Of a DNA stretch of 15,379 nucleotides, positions 1 through 9,364 are shown piece by piece. The notes below the pieces were generated by a model that searched no databases, had not been told where the DNA came from, and saw only the letters and a program-made list of their open reading frames with translations. This stretch comes from Amoeboradix gromovi X-113 (Eukaryota > Fungi > Sanchytriomycota). The stretch lies in assembly GCA_018985225.1 (NCBI GenBank), contig JADGIF010000195.1:1-15379 (forward strand). Reading direction: 5' to 3'. Position 1 is the stretch's first letter. Each line of letters starts with the position of its first letter. A program made the translations under genes and the position numbers.

Positions 1-329
1 AACGGAATTTAAATTATTTGAAAATATCCGAATTATCTTGTTAGTAAATCTACTACATACACTTTTCTTTCAGGTATATCAAAAAAACATTATGTGACAA
101 TTGTTATAATAGCCATTCTTTATAACATTGTGTCAAGCACTATAGGACAGTTGTCTGTTATCTTATTTTGTCATTACTTGCTTAACAGAAGCATTAGAAT
201 CTCTGCGGCATATTTGTTGCATACCAGACGATTTAAATTGTGGAAGTTTAACAAGTTGACGGTAAAAAATCAAGCGTTAGTTCTATCATAATAGATTTAT
301 TTGGTTGTTCTACCAACTACGCCGTCTCA

Positions 330-1300
330 TTTTAAATATCGCTGGTATCACAGTCGAATAAATATGTCCAGAAGTGTACTGGTCTAAGTTCATCTAGCTT
401 ACAAATTTGAATAAATACATACAAGCAGTCGTTTAAGCAATGCACCATTCCATTTTCATATCCTTTTTGAATTTCTTTATCAATTTTACTTTTTTCTATT
501 AGCGACATTCGTGCAGACCTAGTGTAATTTGTGATCTTAACGTAATATTGCTGCTGAGCAGCTAAGTCCTCAAAGTTAGAGAGAACACTCTTAAGTAGTA
601 ACATCGAGTTTGAAGGAAATTGTGGAAAAACTGTTGTTTAATAAGTTTTGCAGCTGTTTGATACAACATGGCAAAACTGAAACAAAAACAATAATTTAAT
701 TCGAGAATTTTATTGCTATAGTGGTTGATAGCAAAATGTCCGTAGCTAAAATTATGATTTTACTGCTCCCTTAATTATTACTTTGTGTTGAAATGTAGAT
801 TACAGCAGATAGTGAATACATGCTTTAACTTTTTTGGTTTAGTTGCACTTTTTTTTCTGGAGTTTGGTGGCGATGCCAACCAAGATGGGTTCAGTCAAAG
901 TAAAAGAGCACGATGTTTTTATGGAAACTGTTAACTTTTATTTCTAAACAAACAGCATGTGAATTAGTGTGATAAGTGCTGCTCACTGCTTAAGTAATAG
1001 AGAGTCTTGTGATCAACGTGTCAAAAATAATCATTTTTATATTATCTGACGCCACGTGAAGTGAAACAGGTACACTATCAGGAGTATAATTAGTGCTTCC
1101 ATCTTGCATCAATGGTAGGTTTTCAGAAAGCAGTTTTAAAATTATTTTATTCTCAGCATCAAATTTAAAAAACGGCATGATAACTGCGACACCACTGTGA
1201 AAAGGAGGGTAAATTTTGCAATGCCCCGTATCCCATCAACTCCAAGCCAAAAATAGCTCTAGCTCCTCTTCTCTACCAACTTGTTTTTTCGCAATTCGTT
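330..1300 (-). mobile_element. Degenerate hAT-like DDE transposase relic (frameshifted, multiple stops)
   Basis: The minus strand carries hAT-like motifs in the expected order across frameshifts: NLLTNCEK (~1283-1307), LPSF (1201-1212, PSR-like), LMQDGSTN (DGSTN at 1089-1103, first catalytic Asp context DGWTN), CCNLH (793-807, CxxH), TRC (601-609, TRW-like) followed by LKSVLSNFEDL. ORFs 990..1178 and 332..604 are fragments of it. It may extend to the window start. Confidence 0.55.
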
Positions 1301-1544
1301 AGCAGATTGTCAGCTACTTGTAGATTTGGTTCATTGGATATATAAAACTTTTGAAATTGGGTGGCGTAGTGACTGCTTAGGAGAAATATTAAACATGTGG
1401 CAAACCGAAACTGCTACTCGTATTTACAATAACTTAAGCAGCCAGTCTTTTCCAATGTCATAAGCGATTGCGAATTGAATAAATTACCCAGTACAATTCT
1501 ACTTTGCAGAAATTGATACCAAATAATTAGAGACCTGCTTGGTA

Positions 1545-1650
1545 TATACATGATCTAATTTTTACATTTGGTGTCCAACATATCAGCAACCTTCTGCTTT
1601 CCACAAAAGTTTAGCAGTTTACAAGATAGAGATAACGCTTAGAGTAAAAA
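1545..1650 (+). repeat. Short fragment of the dispersed intergenic repeat family (FYIWCP segment)
   Basis: tctaatttttacatttggtgtccaa (1554-1578) matches tctagtttttatatttggtgtccca (reverse complement of ~15159-15183). It is followed by cagcaaccttctgctttccacaaaagt, which resembles 2971-2995. Confidence 0.6.
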
Positions 1651-1658
1651 GTATGAAG

Positions 1659-2843
1659 TTATAATTTATTTTCCATTTCTTTGATTTTCTCCATAAACGA
1701 ATCGTCCAAATCTAATTCCAGATCCTCTTTAACATCTTTCCTCTCTTTCGAAAACAGTGTGCTAGGGTTAGCATACAACTGTTTAGTATACTCCTCCTCG
1801 TTTATTTCCAGCAGCTCCACTGGCGTCGATTCGTTCCTTATTTTAAACATCTTGTTAACATCATTCATTGCTTGCCGTGTGTGAAATGTCATAGTTGGCT
1901 CTGACTCAAACTTTTGAGGTATTGGCGTATCAAAACTGGTTTTTCGAGCCACTGGCTTCACTTCCGGCGGAGTTTCTTTAGCAGCAGGAGTTTTCGAAAT
2001 TCTTCTCGTTGTTACATTTTTATGCATTCCTTGTATAAACAGGTCATACTTTACCTGCTCAAAGGTTCTCATGGTTGCTCGATGCGCACTACTGGTGTAA
2101 TCAAACGAAACCGGATGTAGAGAATTAAAGTCATATTTGCGCACAAGGTTCGGATCATTCATTTCTTTTAATAGAATAGAATAGTGATCATTTTGCTGAG
2201 GAATTACGTACTGTTCTGCTATTCTTTTGGGTTGAGGTATTATTTGACCCTTTAATGGGACACCTTTTTGGATATTCTCAAGATTTACTTCAAAGATGTT
2301 GGTGTTTATGTTATTAGAATGATCAGAACTGATCTTGATTCGTTTTGAAGGATTTAAAGTGTTCATTTGAGGAGTAGTTGAGATTGAGTTTAGCATGGAC
2401 TGTAGTTCGGTTGAGTCTGTTTCCTTAACGCCCGTCGTTAATATTTGTTTAGATTCCTCATACAACTGATTCTTTTGAAGTTCCAATGCGTATTGCTTGT
2501 AAAACTCGGATAATTTATTAAATAACTGACAATTTTGTAGTTCCTTATATAAATCTAATTTCTTAGTGTATGACTCAATAATTATTAAATACAAATTAAA
2601 ATATCTCGAATCGTTTCTCATCGAAGTATTTTCCTTGTTCAATTTGATGAGATTGCGAATAACTTGAATTATCGGTTTTTGATCTGGATTTACTTTATAT
2701 GCCTGCATAATGGACTGGTACGCGGACTCAAAATTATCAAGTTTTATTGCATCTAAATCCACAATGTCGGAATTGTTCAGTCTACCAAACTTGCGAGGTT
2801 GAAGGTTTTCCAGTTGATTGTGTGACATAGTGTGAAAAAACAT
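1659..2843 (-). CDS. Bub1/Mad3 (MadBub)-family spindle checkpoint protein lacking a kinase domain, 394 aa
   Basis: N-terminal LENLQPRKFGR resembles Mad3/BubR1 KENIQPLRxGR. TPR-domain signature RNDSRYFNLYL...FYKQYALELQKNQLYEESKQILTTG. GLEBS-like TFEQVK. Bub1 CD1-like EPTMTFHTRQAMNDVNKMF (1845-1901). AATAAA at 1665-1670 (minus) next to the stop. Confidence 0.75.
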   Translation of the reverse strand: MFFHTMSHNQLENLQPRKFGRLNNSDIVDLDAIKLDNFESAYQSIMQAYKVNPDQKPIIQVIRNLIKLNKENTSMRNDSRYFNLYLIIIESYTKKLDLYKELQNCQLFNKLSEFYKQYALELQKNQLYEESKQILTTGVKETDSTELQSMLNSISTTPQMNTLNPSKRIKISSDHSNNINTNIFEVNLENIQKGVPLKGQIIPQPKRIAEQYVIPQQNDHYSILLKEMNDPNLVRKYDFNSLHPVSFDYTSSAHRATMRTFEQVKYDLFIQGMHKNVTTRRISKTPAAKETPPEVKPVARKTSFDTPIPQKFESEPTMTFHTRQAMNDVNKMFKIRNESTPVELLEINEEEYTKQLYANPSTLFSKERKDVKEDLELDLDDSFMEKIKEMENKL

Positions 2844-2969
2844 GTTACATTGGAACCTTATTCAAAAGATATCCAATGTAAGTTGTAGATGGCAATTTGA
2901 ATATATTAAAGTACATTGAGATGCGGCTACTGTGTAAAAAGTACTTAAGAACTGGATGATTATTAGGAA

Positions 2970-3345
2970 ACAGCTTGCTACTTTCTCCACAAAGTAATTC
3001 CAGCTTTCCGAGAAATTAAGAATTTTGCCATAGTTAAAATGAGATTGCCAGATGAGCTTTACAACAGTAATTGATGTTGACGCGGTGGCGGGGTTGATGG
3101 TGATGCGTATATTTTAAATACATGCTCCCTGATGTCGTATAAGTTCCATGCACTTAAATATTATAGCTAGTATATGTGAATGCCTCTAAATTTGTTTTTA
3201 AAGTGTTCTGGGTCTTGTGCTAAATTCGACCAATGTCTTTCTCCTTTTTTGATGATAATTCATATAAGACCATTTCTGCGTGTAGAAGAATGTATTGTGC
3301 ACAGCTATCTGGTTTCTCTAGATTAATCAAATTCTGAATGATGTA
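2970..3345 (+). repeat. Decayed copy of the intergenic repeat family (probable hAT-like relic)
   Basis: tttccgagaaattaagaattt matches 8730 tttccgagaaatcgagaattc. ggcggggttgatggtgatgcgtatat matches the reverse complement of ~6675-6700. gaccatttctgcgtgtagaagaatgtat...tttctctagatt matches the reverse complement of ~6482-6540. Confidence 0.75.
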
Positions 3346-3463
3346 AACTTTAGCCGTTAGATCATAGATAAATAGGAAAGAACACCAAGATTTTATTCAA
3401 TTACAAAACTCTAAAAGAACCATTGGAGGGATAAATATCATCTTATCACAATGCATGATTTAT

Positions 3464-5069
3464 TTAATCAGAATCGACTACTGCTTCTCCATTGTACTCA
3501 TATAATTCAAATAACTTTGCCAAATCATCTAGTCTACTCGAAGACGCATCCTCTGTCAATGACCTTCTAGCAATAGATGTCTTTCCGTGTATATTATATG
3601 TTAGTACGCCTACTAAGTTAAAAATAAATACCAATTTTGTCATCTTTATGATAAAACAACACTCCTTTGTCAAACAGCTTGTTTTCATTTATATTCCAGA
3701 AAGATTTTGTAGACATCTTACTATTTACTATTCCCACAGCTTCAAACGACACATTTGGCCCAACGTCACTCCAAAACATGGACTGATATAAATAAGGTTT
3801 ATGGTACCCGGCCATGTTCATTCCAGCATGGTATCCAGATTGAACAGCGTGATCATAATGCTCTACTCGTCTTCTGCCAAGCAATGGATCGTAAAAGCTG
3901 ATGCAGTCACCAGCAGCATAAATGTTTGATCTGGCTGATAGCTCTGAGTTAACTAAAATACCACCATTTGAATCGATCTCAAAGCCAGACAGTTTAGCAA
4001 CTTCTACATTAGGTTTAGCGCCAATACAAACCACGCAATGATCTGCCTTCAAAATCTGATTATTGTCAAGGGTGATTAGAACTTTGTCCTTGTCATCACG
4101 CATTTCTTTAACCAGTGAATTGGCGTGTATGCGTATATTAAGCAGCTCAACTTGCTCTTTGCAATGATCAGATAGGTACTTCGGAAGAACCAAACCCAAA
4201 TTGCCGCTTTCGGGATAGACTTGCTGAACTCTAGCGCCATTTTGCGCTAAACCTACAGCTAGCTCGCTTCCCAAGAAACCACCACCAATAACTGCTATTT
4301 CCTTTTTCTTTTTAGCTAACTCTCTCAATTTAATAAAATCGTTTAAATGTCTGAAAGTTGATATATTGGCACTCTGGCTAGGTAGTTCTATAGGCTTAGA
4401 TCCGGTTGCAATTAAAAGCCGCTCGAAGTGGACACTTTCTCCGTTATCGAGTGTTATTATTTGGTTTTCAGCATCAATGGCAACTACTTTTCTATTTAGT
4501 TTCATTTCTACATTTTGTTTCTCATAAAACTCCAAAGGTTTATAGTAAACCGAGGCGGTTTTATTACTCCAATCCTTGAACTCGAGTTTGTCGTTGCCAG
4601 ATATCCAGAGTTCTTTGCTCATTGGTGGTTTTTGATAAGGTAGTTCTGCCTCCTCACTGATTATAATTATTTGACCTTCTTGATCGTTTTTACGAATTCC
4701 TTTTATAGCAGAAAATGATGCTACACCACTACCAACTAGAACATATTTCACCTTTAAAGGTTTGTCTTCAATCGGATCAGCAAACACTTGCTGCTCTGCA
4801 TCAGTGTCACTAATGGGTGCTTCTTCTCTTTCCACCACTTCTCCTGGTTTTTCGACTTCTTCAATAATTCTGTCTAATTTTGCTTTGCTTTTAATCAAAT
4901 CCTTGGCTCGTGGCAACGGTTCCTTCGGTGATGTAAAATAAACAAAAGAAGGCACCGCTATCAATGCAACACCAGCCAGATACCATATATTTTTATCCCT
5001 GCTTTTGGGCAAACTTGATTGATACCTTTGAAATACTCTCCTGGTAAACTGCGCTCTGCTGAAAAACAT
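3464..5069 (-). CDS. AIFM1: Apoptosis-inducing factor (AIFM1-type mitochondrial FAD/NADH oxidoreductase); join(5069..3632,3612..3464), 528 aa
   Basis: Presequence-like N-terminus plus TM segment; LVGSGVAS, ELPYQKPPMSKELW, IGGGFLGSELA, RRRVEHYDHAVQSG, YQSMFWSDVGP. Splicing the 19-nt intron yields DDKIVGVLTYNIHGKTSIARR, matching the AIF C-terminal VGIVLWN...IARK motif. Spliced length 1587 nt = 529 codons. Confidence 0.93.
3613..3631 (-). other. 19-nt spliceosomal intron in AIF
   Basis: GTATTTATTTTTAACTTAG on the minus strand. GT-AG ends, TTAAC branch-like motif, joins ORF 3618..5069 to ORF 3464..3688 in frame. An alternative acceptor 3 nt downstream (TAGTAG) would give 22 nt. Confidence 0.85.
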
Positions 5070-5107
5070 TGTGCGACTCCGAGTTTAGAATAACAAAAAT
5101 AATAAAT

Positions 5108-6271
5108 TTATTCTTTAGGTGCTTCACCGCCTACCATTTGCAAGAAAGACATTTCTTTATTAGCCGCATCTTTCTCTTCTTTCTTCATTTCTTCTCTATA
5201 AGTATTTATTTGCTTAACCACTTGCTGCACATGTGAAGATGCTCTATTCATAAAGAATTCATGCGACTTCTTAGTCTTCTCATCTGGATGCAGGGGAGGC
5301 TGAGGCTCGTTAGACTTGCCTAGCATCAGCGACCACATTAGCCAGCCGCCTATGCTAGAGGAGCCCTCATCGTATTTTTTCTTCTTAAGCGCATAATCAT
5401 GCATTTGTTCCTCATATTTGTTCATCTTCAATCTATCAAATTCTTGAACAAAATTACCTTTATCTCTGAACCACTTAATAGCATCCGGCATATTATTTGT
5501 ATCTGAGAGCGCTACAGCCTCTAAAAAGGGTAATATCTTTAAAATTGAATCGTTTCGATCACCGTCCCACTTTGGCAGTTGCAAAGCATTTTCTTGTGGA
5601 TACACTCGTTGAACATCAGTATCTAGCACCATGATTTTATTGATATCTCTATTTAAGAATGAAATGTCCTTCAAATAGTGTCCGTCACTATATCTTGTCG
5701 CATCTCTCTCTAACTTAAATCTGGCAAACTGGTATGGGTCCAATTTATCAAGAACGTGTTTAATATCATGAGATCCATTTGCGGTCCATATAACCACCTC
5801 GTAGTACTGCGATAAATAGTACAGCAAATAGTCTACGCCTGGGCGCTTAACTGTTTGCCAACCATGATTTCTATCCCATTCAGACTTGACTAATAAGTCA
5901 TCAAGGGATATCACCAGAGTGTACTTGGGCTGATATGGAGCTTCCAGAGGGTCAGGTAAAAGTTTAGACGTTACTGGATTAGTAAAGTATCCTTTAAATT
6001 CACCCCAGCGATTGGATATTCTCTGGGGAAAAGATCTGTCAGAGCCATCAGATCTGCCTAAGTACAGTAATGGCGATGCCAAAACGGCAGTTACAACGGC
6101 TAATTCCTTTAAGACTGCAGCTGTTGATATAGGCTCTTCATCCAAAGGTTTCTTGCTGTTATGCTGCTTATTATCATTATTTTCATTGCTTTTTTGATAT
6201 CTTTTCCAGGATGTATGAAATTGACGGTTTGGTGTCGCTCTTCTAAACGATTGAGATGCAAATCGGAACAT
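5108..6271 (-). CDS. TIM50: Mitochondrial import inner membrane translocase subunit TIM50, 387 aa (start moved to MFRFASQ)
   Basis: Presequence-like MFRFASQSFRR, single TM segment, FCP1-like domain LLPDPL..PYQPKYTLVISLDDLLVKSEWDRNHGWQTVKRPGVDY..YLSQYYEVVIWT. The ATG at 6271 has the same CACAATG context as AIF. The upstream ATG at 6349 lies within a repeat relic. Confidence 0.93.
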   Translation of the reverse strand: MFRFASQSFRRATPNRQFHTSWKRYQKSNENNDNKQHNSKKPLDEEPISTAAVLKELAVVTAVLASPLLYLGRSDGSDRSFPQRISNRWGEFKGYFTNPVTSKLLPDPLEAPYQPKYTLVISLDDLLVKSEWDRNHGWQTVKRPGVDYLLYYLSQYYEVVIWTANGSHDIKHVLDKLDPYQFARFKLERDATRYSDGHYLKDISFLNRDINKIMVLDTDVQRVYPQENALQLPKWDGDRNDSILKILPFLEAVALSDTNNMPDAIKWFRDKGNFVQEFDRLKMNKYEEQMHDYALKKKKYDEGSSSIGGWLMWSLMLGKSNEPQPPLHPDEKTKKSHEFFMNRASSHVQQVVKQINTYREEMKKEEKDAANKEMSFLQMVGGEAPKE

Positions 6272-6308
6272 TGTGATCCCCTGATCTCCACTAATTAGAA
6301 TTGTACAA

Positions 6309-6810
6309 TTATGAATGAGACAGCTCGATTGTTTTCTTAAGTAAATCATTTATCGCGGATTTGTATGCATTTTTATATGATTTCAAGACTTTTCCAGATT
6401 TTTCTATTAGCTCAAATACTCGATATTCTTCCTTTTCACAAGTGGTAAATGGAACAAATAGATGTAATCCTGAATATGTCAAATCTAAAGAAATAATTAG
6501 CAGGTACAGCATACATTCATCAACACTGAGGAACTGGTCCAAATGTGGAAGAATTTGATGCCATGTACAATATGTGGCACTCTAAAGAATACCAATTTGG
6601 AGAGCTATTCATGTACATAGTGTCGTTTGGAAGTCGACATGGAACACATTGCAGTAAGGAACATATACATCAAGTATATGCATCCTTATTCAATCCCGCC
6701 TCAGGGTAGTGAAAGCGTGAGCAATCACTGTAACGGAGCATTTAGCATTAGCTTCTCTGTGGAAATTCTCGATTTTCTCGGAAATCTGGACTTTTAACGA
6801 GGAGATTCTA
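6309..6810 (-). mobile_element. Copy of the intergenic repeat family; retains ORF fragment FLSVDECM...VPFTTCEKEEYR (hAT-like)
   Basis: About 480 bp of clear inverted similarity to 8700-9200, e.g. ctgtggaaattctcgattttctcggaaatctggacttttaacgaggag versus the reverse complement of 8709-8755. PFTTCEK...R resembles the PF.xE motif that precedes the hAT catalytic domain. Confidence 0.7.
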
Positions 6811-7029
6811 ATGATGACTGGAACAAAAACAGTTAAAAAATAAAAATATTAAACTCGAAAGTAGAGGTGAATTTCAAAACTGAAGTCAAAGAAAAATCGT
6901 TCAGTGTTATGTACAAAGAGCATTAAAAGACAGCTCTTACAAATATTGAAGAAAAAAGTTATGTAGAAATTTTGGAAATAAAAAACCGCCCAAATTAATG
7001 GGATCACTCTCAGGTACATAAATGTCATC

Positions 7030-7043
7030 CATTCGCTGGGTAC

Positions 7044-7075
<32 letters not shown>

Positions 7076-7230
7076 ACAAAGTCCGAGGACATGAAGTTGG
7101 GGAGAGTCGAAATTTATAGCTATATAGACCAATCAAAAGACTCTCCGTCGTTTTGAAAATCATGAATACAAATTATTTTTTCTTCGAAAAAAATTTAACA
7201 ATAGCTGTTTCACGGCGCAATAGTAAAAGA
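7030..7230 (+). repeat. Highly diverged 3' fragment of the same repeat family
   Basis: tgaaaatcatgaataca...aaaatttaacaatagctgtt resembles 9133-9197 tgaaaaaatcatgcaaataca...aaaattcaatagctgtt. Encodes IVPILTKSED, compared with IIPFTICENED. Confidence 0.4.
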
Positions 7231-7262
7231 GAAAAATATGTTCTTAGAGTGCGAAAACACAT

Positions 7263-8339
7263 TTATTGTCGAACCTGAACCTCGTCAATGCCTACAATAT
7301 CATCAGTTGAAGGAGTTAATGCCACATCAATAGTGGAATTGTCGTTTTCTTTCGAAATGATGGTACGATTAGCAAGACCTAACAATGTGAAATTTGTTAC
7401 ATTTGTTCCAATATCAGTCGCATTTCCTACAGTTATATCACCAATTTCATCAAATTCTGCAACATCTACATTTGAGTTATTTGAAACTGGTCCAAACACT
7501 TTTAAACCACTTAGTGCCGCGTACATTAATCTTTTTGTTTGTCCTTCGGTTGAATTTTCAAAGTTGTTTTCGAATCCAAAATGAAATGTATTAAAATGCT
7601 TAAAGTTGCAGGTGTATAGAGAATCTGCAATTTCTTTCCCTTCCTGAATAGTCAGATTCTGAATTCTTCCTAAAAAATCAGTTTCCGCAGTTATATTCAT
7701 AAATGATTCGACTGATAAGAAATTTAATGAGGAAATATTATAATAGCAATATTTTTGCAACTGCTGTAGGATTGCAGCTTGGCAATCTGGAGAATCCAAT
7801 TTATCCGCGAAGTCGTCACTAACGTCAAACTTGGAATCTAACTCATAAATCAACGCATTGAAATAGGAGCCATAAATCACGATTTCATTAACATGTTCGC
7901 TAAATCGTAGATCAGAAGTGTATTTGTACAAAAATCTGGATATCAATATCTTTTGAAGTCTGAAAAGAACGGGTTTTGACTTTTCAGTGGAATTGTTAAT
8001 CATGGGTGTAATATCGGTAAAGCAGAGCGAAAGCATTTCTTTTATCTCGTTTTGTTTTTGAAGAGCGTATGAATAAATGGATTTGTAATTTTTTTCATGA
8101 AAATCAACTTGGAACTCTGTTGAATACAATCTTTTTTCGACGTTGGTAGTGTTAGAAATGAACTCAATGACTTTAACTACAGATTTTCTGCAATTCTCAT
8201 TTTGAAATATCATAGCACCAAATTCAACATCTTTTAATGCCAAATTCATCTTGTTTAAAATATCAAATGAATCTGATACATTTCCATTTTTACCACCAGT
8301 TTTCAGTGCTATCCCAAACATTAGAGCCGGATAGAACAT
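7263..8339 (-). CDS. Hypothetical, probably secreted N-glycosylated protein, 358 aa
   Basis: Long intact ORF, short hydrophobic N-terminus (MFYPALMFGIAL), at least 12 N-x-S/T sequons, AATAAA overlapping the stop (7262-7267). No family recognised. Confidence 0.8.
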   Translation of the reverse strand: MFYPALMFGIALKTGGKNGNVSDSFDILNKMNLALKDVEFGAMIFQNENCRKSVVKVIEFISNTTNVEKRLYSTEFQVDFHEKNYKSIYSYALQKQNEIKEMLSLCFTDITPMINNSTEKSKPVLFRLQKILISRFLYKYTSDLRFSEHVNEIVIYGSYFNALIYELDSKFDVSDDFADKLDSPDCQAAILQQLQKYCYYNISSLNFLSVESFMNITAETDFLGRIQNLTIQEGKEIADSLYTCNFKHFNTFHFGFENNFENSTEGQTKRLMYAALSGLKVFGPVSNNSNVDVAEFDEIGDITVGNATDIGTNVTNFTLLGLANRTIISKENDNSTIDVALTPSTDDIVGIDEVQVRQ

Positions 8340-8539
8340 TTGGGCCTAAGCGACGTCAATTTCTAAGTTTCGGTTATAACAGGAAAGGAAGTGAGGTTTA
8401 ATTGTGTGGAAGTCCGTAACAACAGTTTCTATTTTTCATTAATGTTAGTCTCAGTCAACTCGTATATAAAATTTGTAACAAAATTTAAAGTTGCCCAGCC
8501 ATTTTTAATACAAATAGTTATTAATTTAAAAGCTTAGCC

Positions 8540-9215
8540 TTGCAAAACGCTCATAAGTTTCGAAATATTCCTAATTAGGGAATAACATGCTAGGAATGAT
8601 AGAATCTCATATCTTGTTTTCTTTCTCTATCTTTGCATCTCACATTTGTAAGAAGAGCTTTCTCGACAAATATTTCTATAGACCAGATGCACAACCTTCC
8701 ATTTTGCTACTCCTCGTTAAAAGTCCTGATTTCCGAGAAATCGAGAATTCCACAGAAAAACTAGCGGTGCTAACAAATCCGTTGCAGTAACTTCTCATGA
8801 TTTCACTACCTTGAGCCGGGATTGAACTAGTATGTATATTCTTGGTGTATATTCCTTGCTGCCATATGGTATTTATTGTTGCACATGTGGTAAGACCAAT
8901 CACATACGAATTATTAAATAAATGGTTTACAGGTTGTCTATCCTTGATCTGTTTCTAGGCATTGAAAAATAACTAATTGTTCCATTCTTGGGCCTGTTTC
9001 TCAACGTTGATCAATGCTTACAGTAACTATAAGTTAATTCTTTAGATTTGACATGTTCAAGATTACATCCATTATTCCATTTACTATTTGCGAAAATGAA
9101 GATTATTTAGCATTTAAACAACTGGAAAAATCTGAAAAAATCATGCAAATACATAATTCTCGATAAAAGATTTATTTTACAAAATTCAATAGCTGTTACT
9201 GCAGTGCGCTGATAA
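8540..9215 (+). mobile_element. Longest copy of the intergenic repeat family (hAT-like relic; core 8700-9200)
   Basis: Inverted relative to 6309-6810. Translates in pieces as FLNVDQC..SLDLTCSRLH and IIPFTICENEDY with stops and frameshifts. 8541-8575 weakly matches the reverse complement of ~15320-15352. Confidence 0.7.
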
Positions 9216-9364
9216 GATTTGTATACTACAATTTTAGCTACTTTTTTGGGGTGTTCGTCATCTAACAACTCCATTTCCTTTTCTTTTGTCTTTCCTCAAG
9301 TAAACTGAGGAAATCGACCCATCTTTCTGAGAAGTTTTAGTTTTTTCTAACAATCGAAATCACC

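Noticed and set aside
6272-6349. 26-aa N-terminal extension of TIM50 in the ORF track
   Set aside because: It overlaps repeat DNA and would mask the presequence. The ATG at 6271 has the better context.
8566-8584. Near-palindrome tattcctaattagggaata
   Set aside because: Short, AT-rich, single occurrence; compatible with chance.
94-8903. ORFs 94..291, 1281..1463, 6361..6558, 8587..8790 and 8676..8903 as genes
   Set aside because: They lie in or next to decayed repeat or transposase relics, several have non-ATG starts, and none shows a recognisable domain.
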